DNA from: Ruditapes philippinarum | Lineage: Eukaryota | Reading direction: 5' to 3' | Length of the DNA: 64,000 nt | Assembly (NCBI RefSeq): GCF_026571515.1 | Contig: NW_026855141.1 | Location: 62,001-126,000, forward strand | Part shown: positions 26,399 through 39,900 of the stretch, one piece after another | Position numbering within the stretch: the first letter of the stretch is position 1 | How the letters are laid out: each line of letters opens with the position of its first letter | Translations under genes and position numbers: made by a program | Notes under the pieces: generated by a model | What the model was told of the DNA's origin: nothing | The model's database searches: none | Seen by the model: only the letters and a program-made list of their open reading frames with translations

Positions 26399-28361
26399 AT
26401 ATCTTTGTTTTCAAGGAATATGCATGTACATATAAACCGTCATTTAAATAATAGAAATCATGTATAATATATAGATCTCGAGGATATTGACTGATTGTAG
26501 ATTCAGGACTGAATTTATTGAACGAGTTGAATAAAATATATTATGCCAGCCTCTGTCGAGATATTATTATTTTATTCAACGAGTACAATAAATTCAGTAA
26601 TAAACCTACACAAATATAATATTCTTTTTATTACATACCAAATATAAAGATTGTATGCATTAAAAAAAGAACCATTTCTCATTGACGCGCTTGTTGTTTA
26701 GCGCGACTTTAGTTTTTATTTTTTACATAACGCAACGACGTCACGTCAAAATATGTGCACGTCAGTGCAATACCATTTTTACGTAGTCACAAAAGCGATG
26801 CGTGTATGTGATAAACGACTATTAAACTTTTTTTCGGAAACTAAGGTAGAAAGAAAAACAGAAAGGAAAAAGAAAGCCGTGGTTGGCCTTAAATAATTAT
26901 GATTTTATTAGCCTACCTTTAGTGACTCAGTTAGCGAAAATTATGATTGTCGTAAAAAGCTAATAATACTTGAAACTTTTGAATATCTGCCAAATTTTGT
27001 GTCATAAATAATCTAATGTACGTAACCGAAATTTTATTTTAGGATTTTTTTTTGACACACGATATTTAAAAGGTTTAAACGAAAATATCCGGGTACATTA
27101 TTTTACCTTGACATTATGCAAATTTGATATTAACAATGGTAAAAGTATATCGGTTTTTTTTTCAGGAGAATAATTCGTTAAAATATTAAACAAGATAAAT
27201 GTCAGCTTTAAAAAGAGAGTTTGGTAACACTATTACTATATTGAATACGAATGATCACTTAAATATGATTTACATACATGTATATATTTGTACTACTTTT
27301 TACGAGAAAAAAACAAGTTTACGATATCAAGCACCTTTCAGATTTCGTTCATCACAGATTTTTTTCTGAATTTGAACTCAACTTACAAGTTCAGCTTAAA
27401 AAACAAACGATTATTTGATTTTTTTTTAAATTTTTTTTATCTAGATATGTTTTTACATCTTTATGTATTTCAACATAGATTTGGCCATAGCGTTCATTAT
27501 TTCACAAAAATGTAAAATAATATTTTGAATGTTTTTTGTTGTTGTCATTTTCATACATAACATGAATTATATTTTAAACGGTATATAATTTAATTAACAT
27601 AACAGTATAATTTCGGTTAATTTCGAGTATTTCAGGTTCCGTTGATCGCGCATTGCCTAATACTTCATTTTGTATACCCTGCTAAAACACAACATGGCGG
27701 CGTTTACTGATATTTTAGACAGTTTCCATCTGCGAAAGCGGCTCCATAATTGTTAAAATTATTTTTCTTATGGTGAAAATATTGTTTTTTTTTAATATAC
27801 ATGTATGTACATCTTTTAAAAAAAAACGCCAACTGTAACAGAACTGTGACAGATACACGGTAGTACATTACGTACTATAAATCTCGGTAGGTTCTCAAAG
27901 GTTGTCTCCCTTGATGATCCAACAGAATCAAAAACAACGGAAAACTTGACGTTACTTATTTGCAACTATGGCATTTAGCCACTATTTCTATATAGTGTCC
28001 TTGTCGTTCTACTTTTTTCTAGAGCTGTTAACGGTAAAATAGATGTAATGATCTATTGTAGAATAGCTTAATTCAAGAACTGCCGATTTCAGTAACATAT
28101 ATATTCAAGTAAATACCTTTTTTTTTTCTTCTTTATAATTTGTTAAAACTTAAAAGGTTACACAACGATATCGTAAGAAAAATACCTTCAGTCTATGTGA
28201 CAAAGTATCCCCATAATATTAGAATATGTATGTCCCCATTACTCTAAATCATATAACTATTTTCTTTTCTTAAAATAATGTAGTAGATCTACAGAGGCAT
28301 GGATTTTTTGTTTTCATTTAAAGAACTTTTTTTTTTCTCTTTCAACCTGGTCACGGTGGCA

Positions 28362-31300
28362 TTATAATTGGTAAACATCCCCGACTGCACTTTCACCATT
28401 GAATACCGCAATTATATTTTGGGCAACAGTTTCTGACATGCAATTCCGAGACTCCCACGTATTACTGCCCATATGCGGAAGAATAATGCAGTTTGAAACG
28501 GTAACTAGCTTGTGATCTGCCGGAAGTGGTTCCGGTTCTGTGACGTCAAGTCCCGCAGCGAATATTTCACCGGAAGTAAGCGCATCGTACAAATCATCAT
28601 GGTTGATAACGCCACCGCGCCCACTGTTAATAAGAACTGCAGACTTTTTCATTTTTTGGAAAGTTAATGTGTTAAACCTGTGTTTAGTTTGTGGCGTCAA
28701 ATTACAGCATATACAAATTATGTCGCTTTCTGTTATAAGATTCTCAAAGTCAACAAATTTTGCACCCACGTCATCAGCATATCCAACGCGAGAAACATCG
28801 TGGTATAGAATATTTTTTACCCCGAATGGCTTTAATCTTCTCGCCACCCCATACCCTATACGACCAAGCCCCAGTATGCCTACAGTCTTTTCTGACAGCT
28901 CTATACCGCACAACCACATAGGCTTCCATTTACCCCATTCACCATTCTTTACAGCAGCTACTCCTGAAATATCATGTTGAATGATTGCAATATTGAATAT
29001 TAATATTTTAATGTCTATGCATGTTTTTAATATGAAATATTTGATGTCACTCTTCGGGTTATGTGGTACATATTGCAGCGACATATATGTCGAAATGCAT
29101 CAAAAAGAACTTTATCTTTTTCTAATTTAACAATACCGAAAAATTTATCTGAATGATTTATAAAATGAAGAAACTAGCATCTATATACTTTAATCCTTTT
29201 GAACGAAAGTAATTCATTTACAAGTGAGGTGTATTTCATAGCACTAATTGTATAACAAACATTATTACAAAATAATGTATTAACTTATGCATTACATCAA
29301 TGGAAAATGCGGTGTGTTCAAGATGCTAGGACATACTCACTTCTCAGTGAGATATATTTGATATCAGTTCACACAAAACAATGAAGTATCCTATATATCA
29401 TATATCACTCACCTTCTAGAAGTCTTCTGGTTGTCAAGAGCAACAATGATATCGTCAATTCTGCCACACTGTCCGTGGAGACGTTCGGCGTGTTACACAC
29501 ACGGATTTTACGTTGCTTACATTCATTTACATCTATATGCTCAAAACCTACGGACATCGTGGCTACGACGGACAGTCCTGGACCTGCATTATTATATTTT
29601 ATGAAAAAATTAAAGCAAAAGCCCTGAATGAAATGTTATGAAACAGTTGCTAGCTCATTTCCGAACCTGTGACGGTTTTTTTTATTTGTTTGGGTCAATT
29701 TAAACGCTGGAAAGCATTGGTGGCACTATACAAAAACAAATTGGTTTAAAATGTCACAACCTTCACCTTTCTGACATTCTGAGATCCAAACAAATTCAGC
29801 GCCTTCTGTGCTTTGATTTACAAATGTTTCTGTAAAGTATTTTTCATTTTAACCGTTTGTACGGACTATGAGAATATTATATCATTTAACGTCATCTTAG
29901 TTTAAAAAATGGCCAAATCTGACGATATAACAACATGACTTATATACTGTAAAATTTGACAGACTTTTTTTAAAAAAAAGTAGATTTATCGGCCCAGATT
30001 ATATAACAATATATCCAAAGGTCGAACCAACAATTTATAAAAGCCGATACAAGATCTGGAATATGTACCATAATATGCGGCCCCGTTCCATGAGTCCTTA
30101 TATGAATATTATTTATCATAATTTATTTTCTTGCTATCAATTTGATTATTCGATGAAGTAATAGAGGGAAGATAATGAAATAATTTAAAATGTAACATAA
30201 TATTCAAGGTAGTTTGGCCTTTTACGATCAGTAGCTCATGCACAATACGAGCTACAATGTGTTTTTAGATGAAATACATTAAAGGCACATCATGCCGCAG
30301 AAACGATTTAAATTTTCCTTCTTTACAAATGGCAATAATAAGTTTTAAAACGTTTAATAGGAGCGATGGCCTAGTGGTTAAGGTGTCTGCCTCTCAACTT
30401 ATGAATCAAGGGTTCGAGCCCTTATCGGGTAACGACCATATGACAACAGTACTGGCCGCTTCCGGAAAGCGGACTCGAAAGTGATAAATATATTATAATT
30501 AAGTTGCAATTGAGCTTAACTAAATATGTTTAAACAACGTTTAATGGTTTTAGACAAGTTAGATGATTATTACCTGAAGAAGGTAGCGGTGATTGTGATA
30601 TTATTATAGTAGAAAAAGTAGCATTATAGTAGAAAAGAGCATTTTGATTTCCATACAAAATACCAAATTACTGCGACTGTACCTACTGCCAGAAATCAAC
30701 AGAAGCAAAAGATGGTTCAGGAAATTGGACAATGTGTACCTTTTATGAAATTGTAATAGGGCATCAACAATAAATTGCTCTTGAGAAATAAAAATAAAAG
30801 CATATTTAGAACAAGACGAGCCTTTTAAATGCTGAAATCTATGCCCTTAACTCGCCTCCAGGTTCAAGGTATATTCTATGTGATTTAAGAATGTATTTTG
30901 TGCAGATATAAATGTGTTGCCAAGCGTGTAAAATCTAATGCAATTAAAATGCAGATATTGTCAATAAAGGCAACATTTGCGTTTGTAAATAATGCGTAGA
31001 AATATCATTATAACATGCTTTTAAACACGGTAAACTCATATCAGGTATTATATACAAAACATCACTTCACCATCTATACTTTTCGTTGCTGTTGTTCTTC
31101 TTATTGTTGTTGTTGTTGTTTTTAAACAAACCATTAAGAATTATCACTTCTCTTTTTCGAGACTTAGCATACTGGTGGCAAAAATGATTCTTTACATGAT
31201 CATGGTTTGCATTGTTCGCTATTCAGTCTGTTATATACAAGTTTTTTTTAAAAGATTTCCCTAAAGTCGATGAATGGTTGTGTCCATAATTGAAAGATGG

Positions 31301-32155
31301 ACAAGTCCATTTACTTGGTGAGGGTCAAATGAAGATACGAGAACAGTGAAAACGGAAGTGTAATTAAATTGTTTCGAAGTATAAAAGTAAACAAAAACTG
31401 CCTCAAACTCGATTTAAAGTGAAAATATGATATATAAAGTATACACATAATCCTTGTATATTGTTTTGTTTGAATTACTGTATAATTTGATACTGCGTAT
31501 TAATTCTTACTTCTTATATACATGTCTTCAAGGGCGAATGATATTTATAATTGAGTAACGATAAATTTAGAATAATTATCACCACGTGTGGAAAGTCACA
31601 GGTGCCATTTTCAGTCAAATATATTAAACGTTATGGGCTTGAAGTTTATGGTGGTCTTTGCCAAGAAGTAAAAATATCTCAAAGCAGCGCTATATTCATA
31701 GGGTGGCCGCACGTGCCAAGAATGTGTCGCCAAATGACATCTGATTTTGGTTTCCCTCAACTATTTAACTTACAGGAAAACAACCATATTTCTATTACTA
31801 AAGAAAACAATTACACGTAGTTCTAGGAAATATATACAAAATAAACAAATCTTTTCTTAATAAGGTCATTAAGTAGCTATTAATCGTGTCAGGAATCTTT
31901 TACTACGAAAACATAAGTGAATGGAATTTGAAATAAAAAATAAAACAAACCTGCCGCATCGAGAACATCTTTGTCAATTATATCTGTCAACATACAAAAC
32001 AGAGCATCTACCCCGGCAATGTTTTTAATAAGTTCTTCACGTGGAATGGCCTCATCGCTCTCCCATATTTTGACATCATAATCCGAGAGCAGGTCGATCC
32101 CGGGCTGTGGAACCCGTCGTGTTATATAAATCTTTTTCTTTCCTTCCGATAGCAT
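28362..32155 (-). CDS. GRHPR: Glyoxylate/hydroxypyruvate reductase-like dehydrogenase, paralog 3, ~325 aa
   Basis: Exons 32155-31951, 29583-29413 (absent from the ORF track; GPGLSVVATMSVGFEHIDV...), 28963-28362; 978 nt. Motifs WKPMWLCG, GLGRIG, INSGRG, DVTEPEP, LPHMGS. Confidence 0.94.
30359..30535 (+). mobile_element. tRNA-derived SINE (second family)
   Basis: TGGCCTAGTGG A-box and GGTTCGAGCC B-box; a related degenerate copy lies at ~59565-59790. Confidence 0.6.
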
Positions 32156-32877
32156 ATTTTTATTCTTTTCTCCGAATTATGTATCGATACGTTTAAACGA
32201 TTGAAATCGTTAGAATAAAAACAATTCTTGTTTGATTATATATTCAAACCTTCCCAGAACTGATGTAATTTAGAACAATGTTTCGTGACTTTGAGGATTT
32301 TTCCAATACCATTGCCTTCCTTGATACAACGCGCATGACCTTCAGTGCATTATGAAACTTGCAAGGATAGGCTATAAGAGGGGCGCATATTGGGAAATCG
32401 ATTTATAACTTTTTTATTTCCTTGATCAGTGTCCGGAAGTAAAGGGAGATAACAGCAATGACTTTTAAGAACACTGTTATGCAAGAGTTATTTTTCTTTA
32501 TTAGTAGTGAGAACATCAACAATAATGATAATAATAATTATCATAGTAATAAATGACTGCATATTGCACAAAATTTTATGGTATGTGGGGGATGATTATT
32601 TCTGCAAGTCGTTAATAGCGTTTTTTTCTACATTAATTGGTTTCATTTGTTACATTTTAAAGGCCCATTTAGCCCAAACTAAAATGCAAATACTTTTTAT
32701 TCGATTTTTTTTTTACTTTTAATATCATGTTGATTTAGTATTTTGAAATCTCACAATACCATTTTATTTACACTTTTTTGCTATCTTTATCACAAATAAT
32801 TTCAAGTTCGACGGTATTTTTCTCGGGTGATGAGCACGTTTTTAACCTATGATAACACCACTGTAACACACAAATAT

Positions 32878-33112
32878 GAGCCGCGTCACGACGAAACCAA
32901 CATAATGGGTTTGCGACAAGCATGGATCCAGACCAGCCTGCGCATCCGCGCAGTCTGATCAGGATCCATGCTGTTTGCTTACAAACTCTATAACAAGTAG
33001 AGAAACTGATAGCGAACAGCATGGATCCTGATCAGACTGCGCGGATGCGCAGGCTGGTCTGGATCCATGCTGTTCGCAAACCCATTATGTTGGTTTTGTC
33101 GTGACGCGGCTC
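32878..33112. mobile_element. Palindromic ~235-bp MITE, copy 3
   Basis: Same family; lies in the divergent promoter region between GRHPR paralog 3 and the MIF4G gene. Confidence 0.88.
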
Positions 33113-33999
33113 AAATATTCATTTCTGAGGCTTTGTGTGCCTTTTAGCGTGCATATAAAAGTATTTTAAAAATTCTTGTTTGATATATTGACAGCGGGCT
33201 GGTGCGTTGAAAACGGAAGTTGGATAGGTAACATTATACTTATATAGCATAATTAGTTATATACATGTATTTCAAGTTATCAGTATTATAATTGTCATTG
33301 ATCAAATGTAATCAAAGCACAGATGGCGCTGAATTTGTTTGGGTCTCAGAATGTCAGAAAGGTGAAGGTTGTGAGATTATAAACCAATTTGTTTTTGTAT
33401 TTTCGCTACCATTATTTGTTTGGTCTGACAACCCAAACTAATAAAAAAACTGAGCTACTAAAAACAAACAACAACAAAAAAACACAAAAAAAACACGGAA
33501 AACTGTAAAGTATTTTATTTTTTGTCTGTTTAAACTTAGATGGGGGTAATCTCATTTTACGTTTGACAAGATTAAAACTCATATTTGTTGTTATTGGGAT
33601 CTTGTTTATGTGGAATCTTGTTTATGTGGGATCTTGTTTATCTTTCGCAAGCTATGTAAACTTTATGAATGACTCATCGTGCGTTATCTGGCCTGACCAT
33701 TTTAAGAAAAAATATTTAATCGAATGTACACGTGTATAAACTTCGTGTAATTTATATTAATATTTTATGTCTGGAAATATTATCTACAAAATTATATCAT
33801 CTACAGAATCATAAAAAACAAGGTATTTATGATTATTTTAAGTCCAATCGTTTTATAAATAACCTTTTATGTCTAATTCATGAAAAAATACTGACATTTT
33901 GGTAAATAAACACTTTTACCTGTTTTATATTTTGTTTTATGAGAGCGGTTCTGTAAGACCATTTGAAGTTACTACTTATTGTGCTTGAAGTTTATATAC

Positions 34000-36900
34000 A
34001 TGGACGGTGTCAAAGGTCAAGAGCATGGTCAGATTGTTATGCTTCACAAAGCTGAAAATGCATGGAAACCCAGATGTCTTGGACCATGGGAATGCAGTGT
34101 CGAAGTTAAGTTGAATAAAAAATTATACATTACTAGTATCCCACAGACGCTTGGGGGTCAGATCTTGTCCCCAACGTGATACGCCCCTGTAAACACTCCA
34201 TCAAAAATATTTTAATATTTAATTACGAATGGGACACTGCTACAACGATATAACTGGTTTTTAAACAATTAAAACATATCTGAAAATATTACCTTATACC
34301 ATCAAGTCTCGATGGTAAAAGCTTTTTTTTTTCAGTTTGAAAACCAGTTGTATCGTTGTAGCAGATGTCCCATTCGTGTTTAAATATTAAAATATTTTTG
34401 ATAAATTGTTTACAGGGGCGTATCACGTTGGGGAACATGATCTGAGACCCAAGCGTCTGTGCATTAACCAGGCTTCTAATAAAAATACAACAAATCCGGA
34501 TACAACAGAGCTAGTGGGGTTTTTTAATCTGGTAAATTGGTTAAGATCTTTTTGACAGTATATAAGTATTTTAAAGACCAGATGAAAAATAAAGTGACAA
34601 ACAACATAGATAAGGGCAAATTATTAATAGATCCAGTTAAACAATATACGTGTATATGTAAAGTGTTTGGAATCCCACATCAACACAGTTATTAAGTTTT
34701 AGATATACCCACACATTTTATTGCTCATGCAGGAAGACGTGTAATACCACTCAGTCCATTTCTTACAGACACGAGGGTTGGGGGCACTTTATCAGAACCA
34801 CTAGGTCATTGCACTGCTTTAAATAAAGAGATGACAATGTGAACCCGGCTCAGTGCAGCATGTGACACCAATAATAAACGTTTGAAGCACAATCCAAATA
34901 AATTATAGCGGATCAATCGAACATCGAATAAAATATATAATAACTGACATTTTGCGTAATTTCAGGAATTATATATGAAACTCAGGGGCATTTTGAATAA
35001 GATGACACCAGAGAAATGCCAAACCCTTATTTGCCGTGCCAAACGTTTGAATATAGATACAGAACCCAAACTGACAGAAGTCGTTAATCTTATCTTTGAA
35101 AAGGTGAGATACTTTTGAGTTTTTGTTGTTTTTTTTATTCATTAATTTTATTTTATTTTGTAAACATGGCTGGAAGGTCACAAATCTTCCCAAGTCTTTG
35201 CATTTAAGGCGGTGCTGGAAGGTCTGTCTTACGTGTACACACATTTCAGGAAGTTTGCATGGATTTTACCAAATTTGTTTGTTTTCGCATGTCCGAGATT
35301 TAACTTCGAAATGGCTGGACCGAAAATCAATGTCCGTATTATTCTCCGTGGTTGGGAGATGTCCAAGGTGATACGATTGCCTTACTAAGACCACTTGCTG
35401 ATTATTCAAAAAGTATGTCTTAATAGTAGTATGGTCTTAATTTCGGGAAAAGTGTTCCTTAAAGGAGTTTTGGTCTAATGGCTTCAATTGGAATTTAATG
35501 CTTACAGTTTATTTGTTTAATTGAAGTCATAATTGCATAATACAATGTCTTTTTATCAATCATTTATAAATTATTAATCAATTATGTTAGTACGAGTACA
35601 TTATTAGTCATATATTTTCTTGACATGTTATATGGCCCTATATAAACAATCGTTTGCATATACATGTATATAAAAGCCATTAGTTATATAACTTATATAA
35701 ACGTCACTTTTATACAATGAAAAGCGACGTTACAAACTGAAACGTGAATAATGATAAACTAAATCATCATGATTTTACATAATGGTGAGAAAAAAAACAA
35801 CAGGCAAACTATGTTCATAAACTTTAATGGCAAATCTTATGCATGTTGTTATTTCAGGTGATTATGGAACCTACTTACAGTTCTGTATACACTAACATGT
35901 GTCACTGCATGAAAGTATGTATATAGATAATACATGTACTTATTTGACAACGTTATTTTCTCTCTAAATATGTGCACACTTGATTTGTTGTTTTTGTTTT
36001 ATTTCTGGCAACGTAATTAAATCTTTACATTGAAATAATCTTGCAGATAAGACGTCGTTTAGAAATAAAATTGTTTGTTTTTCCCGTCATCTCATTTCTG
36101 TTTCATTTCAATGTGATCAAGGGAAATAAACGCGTATCGACTGAAAATAATTTTGTATCATTTTAATGCCCTTGTTTGGCTTTAAGATTGGTAAAATATT
36201 AAGTAAAATATTAAGTAAATTTTTAAAATAAAAATAACAGGTCCTCATTGAGGAAAAAAACACCAAACAAATTACTAATAAAATCTATGTAATTCAGCTG
36301 CGAATCATTTATATATCACCGGACATGAAATGTTGTTTGTAACAAATGGTACAATTTTAACAGCGATCTTGCGAAGTTAACAAGCGAATCCATATTCTTT
36401 TAAAGATTCGTAAGTTACCTCCTCATCTGACTGCTTGCCATCGTAATTACATTTAGAACAATATATTAAAACATATTTTCAGATCAAAGTGAGATCGGAA
36501 CAACAAGAGGGTAAAATGGTTACCTTTCGAGCTTTACTTTTAACAAGATGCCAAAGATTCATTCGTGAATCAAGGACTGAGCTGGAAAAGTTGAAAGATG
36601 TACGTATTTATCAATTGAAATCCTTTCATTCAGTCAGAAAGTGTCCCTTAATAATTGTTACTTATTAGTTAGTATTCAATGTAGAGATTTTAGAAAAGTA
36701 AAATTATTTTTTAGGTGGTATTGCCATCTTATCTTACTTTATCATAAAGAAATCTATACGTTTGGAAACGTTGGTATGACCGCTGACTCCAAATTCCTCG
36801 ACCCTCACCGCTTTAGTCTTCATGTATGACACGCTATCATGCAGCTTACAGAACGCCTGTGGTTAGGCCCGGTGCCCGGTCGTACACGAACAAAGCAAAG

Positions 36901-39900
36901 AATGGCACCTGAGGTCCTTCTCGACCAATTAAGCTTGAAAGTCGCCAATAATATGACAATTCCTTATTTTCTGCACTTAAATAAACGTGATTGACACAGT
37001 TGTAGGCCCTTAATTGTTGCTCCTAATTAATACTTAGTAAGCACGTGAATGTTTCCTTGAATTGTTCATTCTATGTTGTTATAACACAATTGTTTTAGGC
37101 TGATGAGGCTACTGTTAGCGAGTACCACTCAAAATTATTTGGTGCTTACAGGTAAATATATTTATAAACTTTTACCCAGTCATACAAAACAAATAAAAAA
37201 AAATGAAGTTAAATAAGTCTGTAGGCTAGAATAGGGAAATACAATCTGATCATTCTTGTCTATGGTATAGTTTTTGTCCTTTACTGTTGTAACATGCCGA
37301 GCAATAGAAAGTTCTCTCTCCATTACGATCTATAATGTAACGGACCAATTCTTGGAATATATATCTCGTTAACTTGATAAGAATTTATTTCAACCATTAT
37401 TCATGAACGTGTTTGTTGAGCAACATATGGTGGCTGATTTCTGCCTAGTCCGTAGTAGGAGTTATAACGCTTATCCATTTTAACGCACACCTTTAACACA
37501 ACAACTGAGAAAAATATACGCACTTTAGGAATCTGGTCGAACTTTCATTTTGGAAAATATTTTATAACATCGAGTTATTGAAATCACTAGAAAATAAATT
37601 GAACACTTTACCATGATTTTTCAAAGTTAACATATGCAATGGAAACATTTGATCTGACGGTGATGGTGTACTGAATGATATGGTGTTGAAGATATTGAGT
37701 AAGCGTGATATTGCTCTGATTATATGGTGTCGAAAAGGCAGTATTATTGTTGCCTAAGATATATTTGACTGATTATATGGTGCAGGGAAAGGCAAATTGT
37801 ATTGTCGCCTTAGGTATATGTTAAGACTTTGGAAGACTTCTTCCAAGCATAGAAATAAAATATTTTAGATTGTCCATTTTTCCTTTTGCCAAATTAAGTA
37901 GAAAACTGCAAGCAGTCAAAATTCATATCGTATCATTTGTTTGTATTTTGAAGATTTATAGGTGACCTATACAATAAAGGCATCGTTATAGAAAATGTTA
38001 TTCACGACATGATTTTCAAGTTATTAAAATGGAAGGACCCAGTTTCGCTGCAATGTCTTTGTGTGATTTGGCCAATAGTAGGGGAAAAGTTGGATGTTAG
38101 TAAAGCAAAGGTGAGAGGAAATTTTCTTTTACATATATTGGACTTGATTTGTCCTCGTTTACATGTATTGAACTTCATTTGTCTTTGTTTACATATATTG
38201 GACTTGATTTGTCCTCATTTACATATATTGGACTTGATTTGTCCTCGTTTACATGAATTGGACTTGATTTGTCCTCGTTTACATGAATTGGACTTGATTT
38301 GTCCTCGTTTACATGAATTGGACTTGGTTTGTCCTCATTTACATATATTGGACTTGATTTGTCCTCGTTTACATGAATTGGACTTGATTTGTCCTCGTTT
38401 ACATATAATGGACTTGATTTGACCTCGTTTACTTCAAAATAGTACAATTAGAAAATTTTACCATGCAAATTGATACTGAAAGAGACGAAGTTTTTGATAC
38501 GAATATTATCTTCTACATATAAAAATGAAACGCAAAAGACCATAGGCCATTGAATATACTTAAAGGCATTAAAGCCTTAGAAATGAATATATTTTTTCTT
38601 CTTTAGAAAGAGCAGACATGTGTTTAAAACTATTTTGATAATAGAATTAGAAAAACAAGTTAGGTGCTCATCGCCTAGAAAAGAAGAGCTGAATATGAAA
38701 TTATTTGTCCTGAAAATAGCATGGTATTTTAACGTTTCGTCAACTAATTTAGTCCCGTGATGCAATGTGTTACCTTCCTTTACAAAAAAAAGAAACAAAA
38801 AAGAAACAAAACCAAAAAGCAAACAAACAAAATTGCCGCTTACTCTTCAATTCAACAGGAAATACTCAGAAAATGAGCTGATGTACGTAGTTTGCAAAGT
38901 ACAGGTAAGTCACGGACTAAATAGGAAATGAAAACTCGTGTCATTTTTGTCTGTTTGATCATTCACATAGTGTAACCAGTACCCCTATGATATTCAGCTT
39001 TTCCAATTTAATTGACGTTGAGTGATTTATTTCATTCTCTGCAGTTTCCACATGGGCAAACATAATTAATGTACTTTTGCCTGCATATTCTTTGTGCAAT
39101 ATATAATCTGCGGATTACTTTGTGATCACTGTCCATTTTTCCATGTTCCATGTAGCCTTCACCAGACTTGATCCTAGTTTAATTTTAATTTCCATGGCCA
39201 TGTGTAATTGACAATGTACCATACAATAAATATATATTCTAATAAAAATTTAACCAGCCAGCCTGCATATAAAACAAATAGTACTTGCATTCATCTTTTA
39301 AAACTTTTCACACGATCAAATGATTTTCCACTTTTCCTTTGTGTTTACTGTGTGATCCCAAAATATTTGTTAAATCCATTTGTGAATTCTTAAAATTGCA
39401 TGATTTGGTAACATTTGCCAAGTCTGAATGATTAATTCCATTGTTAAATCAATCACTGTATGACACTAATATTTGATATAGATAGTACAAATTATTTATA
39501 TAGATATTATACATGCCAGAATGATAAAGGAGGGAATATTTTAGCTATTTGGTCAATGGGTGACTGTTTGGAAACTGAATCAGAACAATTTAAGGTTTTG
39601 AAAACAAAAATCATATTCTGAGGCTGAATGGGTCTTTAATTAACTACTTTTGAGTTTGATATAGACCAGTTAAGCGTTCTGTTATAATTTATTCAAAAAT
39701 GTTTATTCAGGTGTTGTTATTTGTTTGGGTCGTCAGACCAAACAAATAATGGTAGCGAAATTTCAGAGTATAATGTTCTTAATTGCAAATGCCGAAAGTA
39801 GTCCACTTTTTTGAAGCGGTTACTTCCCTTTTGTATGTACACTAAAGCCGAAAAATTCAGGGGAGATCACTGCGTAAAGATGGTCAAAGACAGGCGCATC

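Noticed and set aside
38111-38447. Repetitive ORFs (LDLICPRLHE / SSPIHVNEDK)
   Set aside because: These are translations of an intronic 30-bp minisatellite; only 37954-38110 is a real exon.
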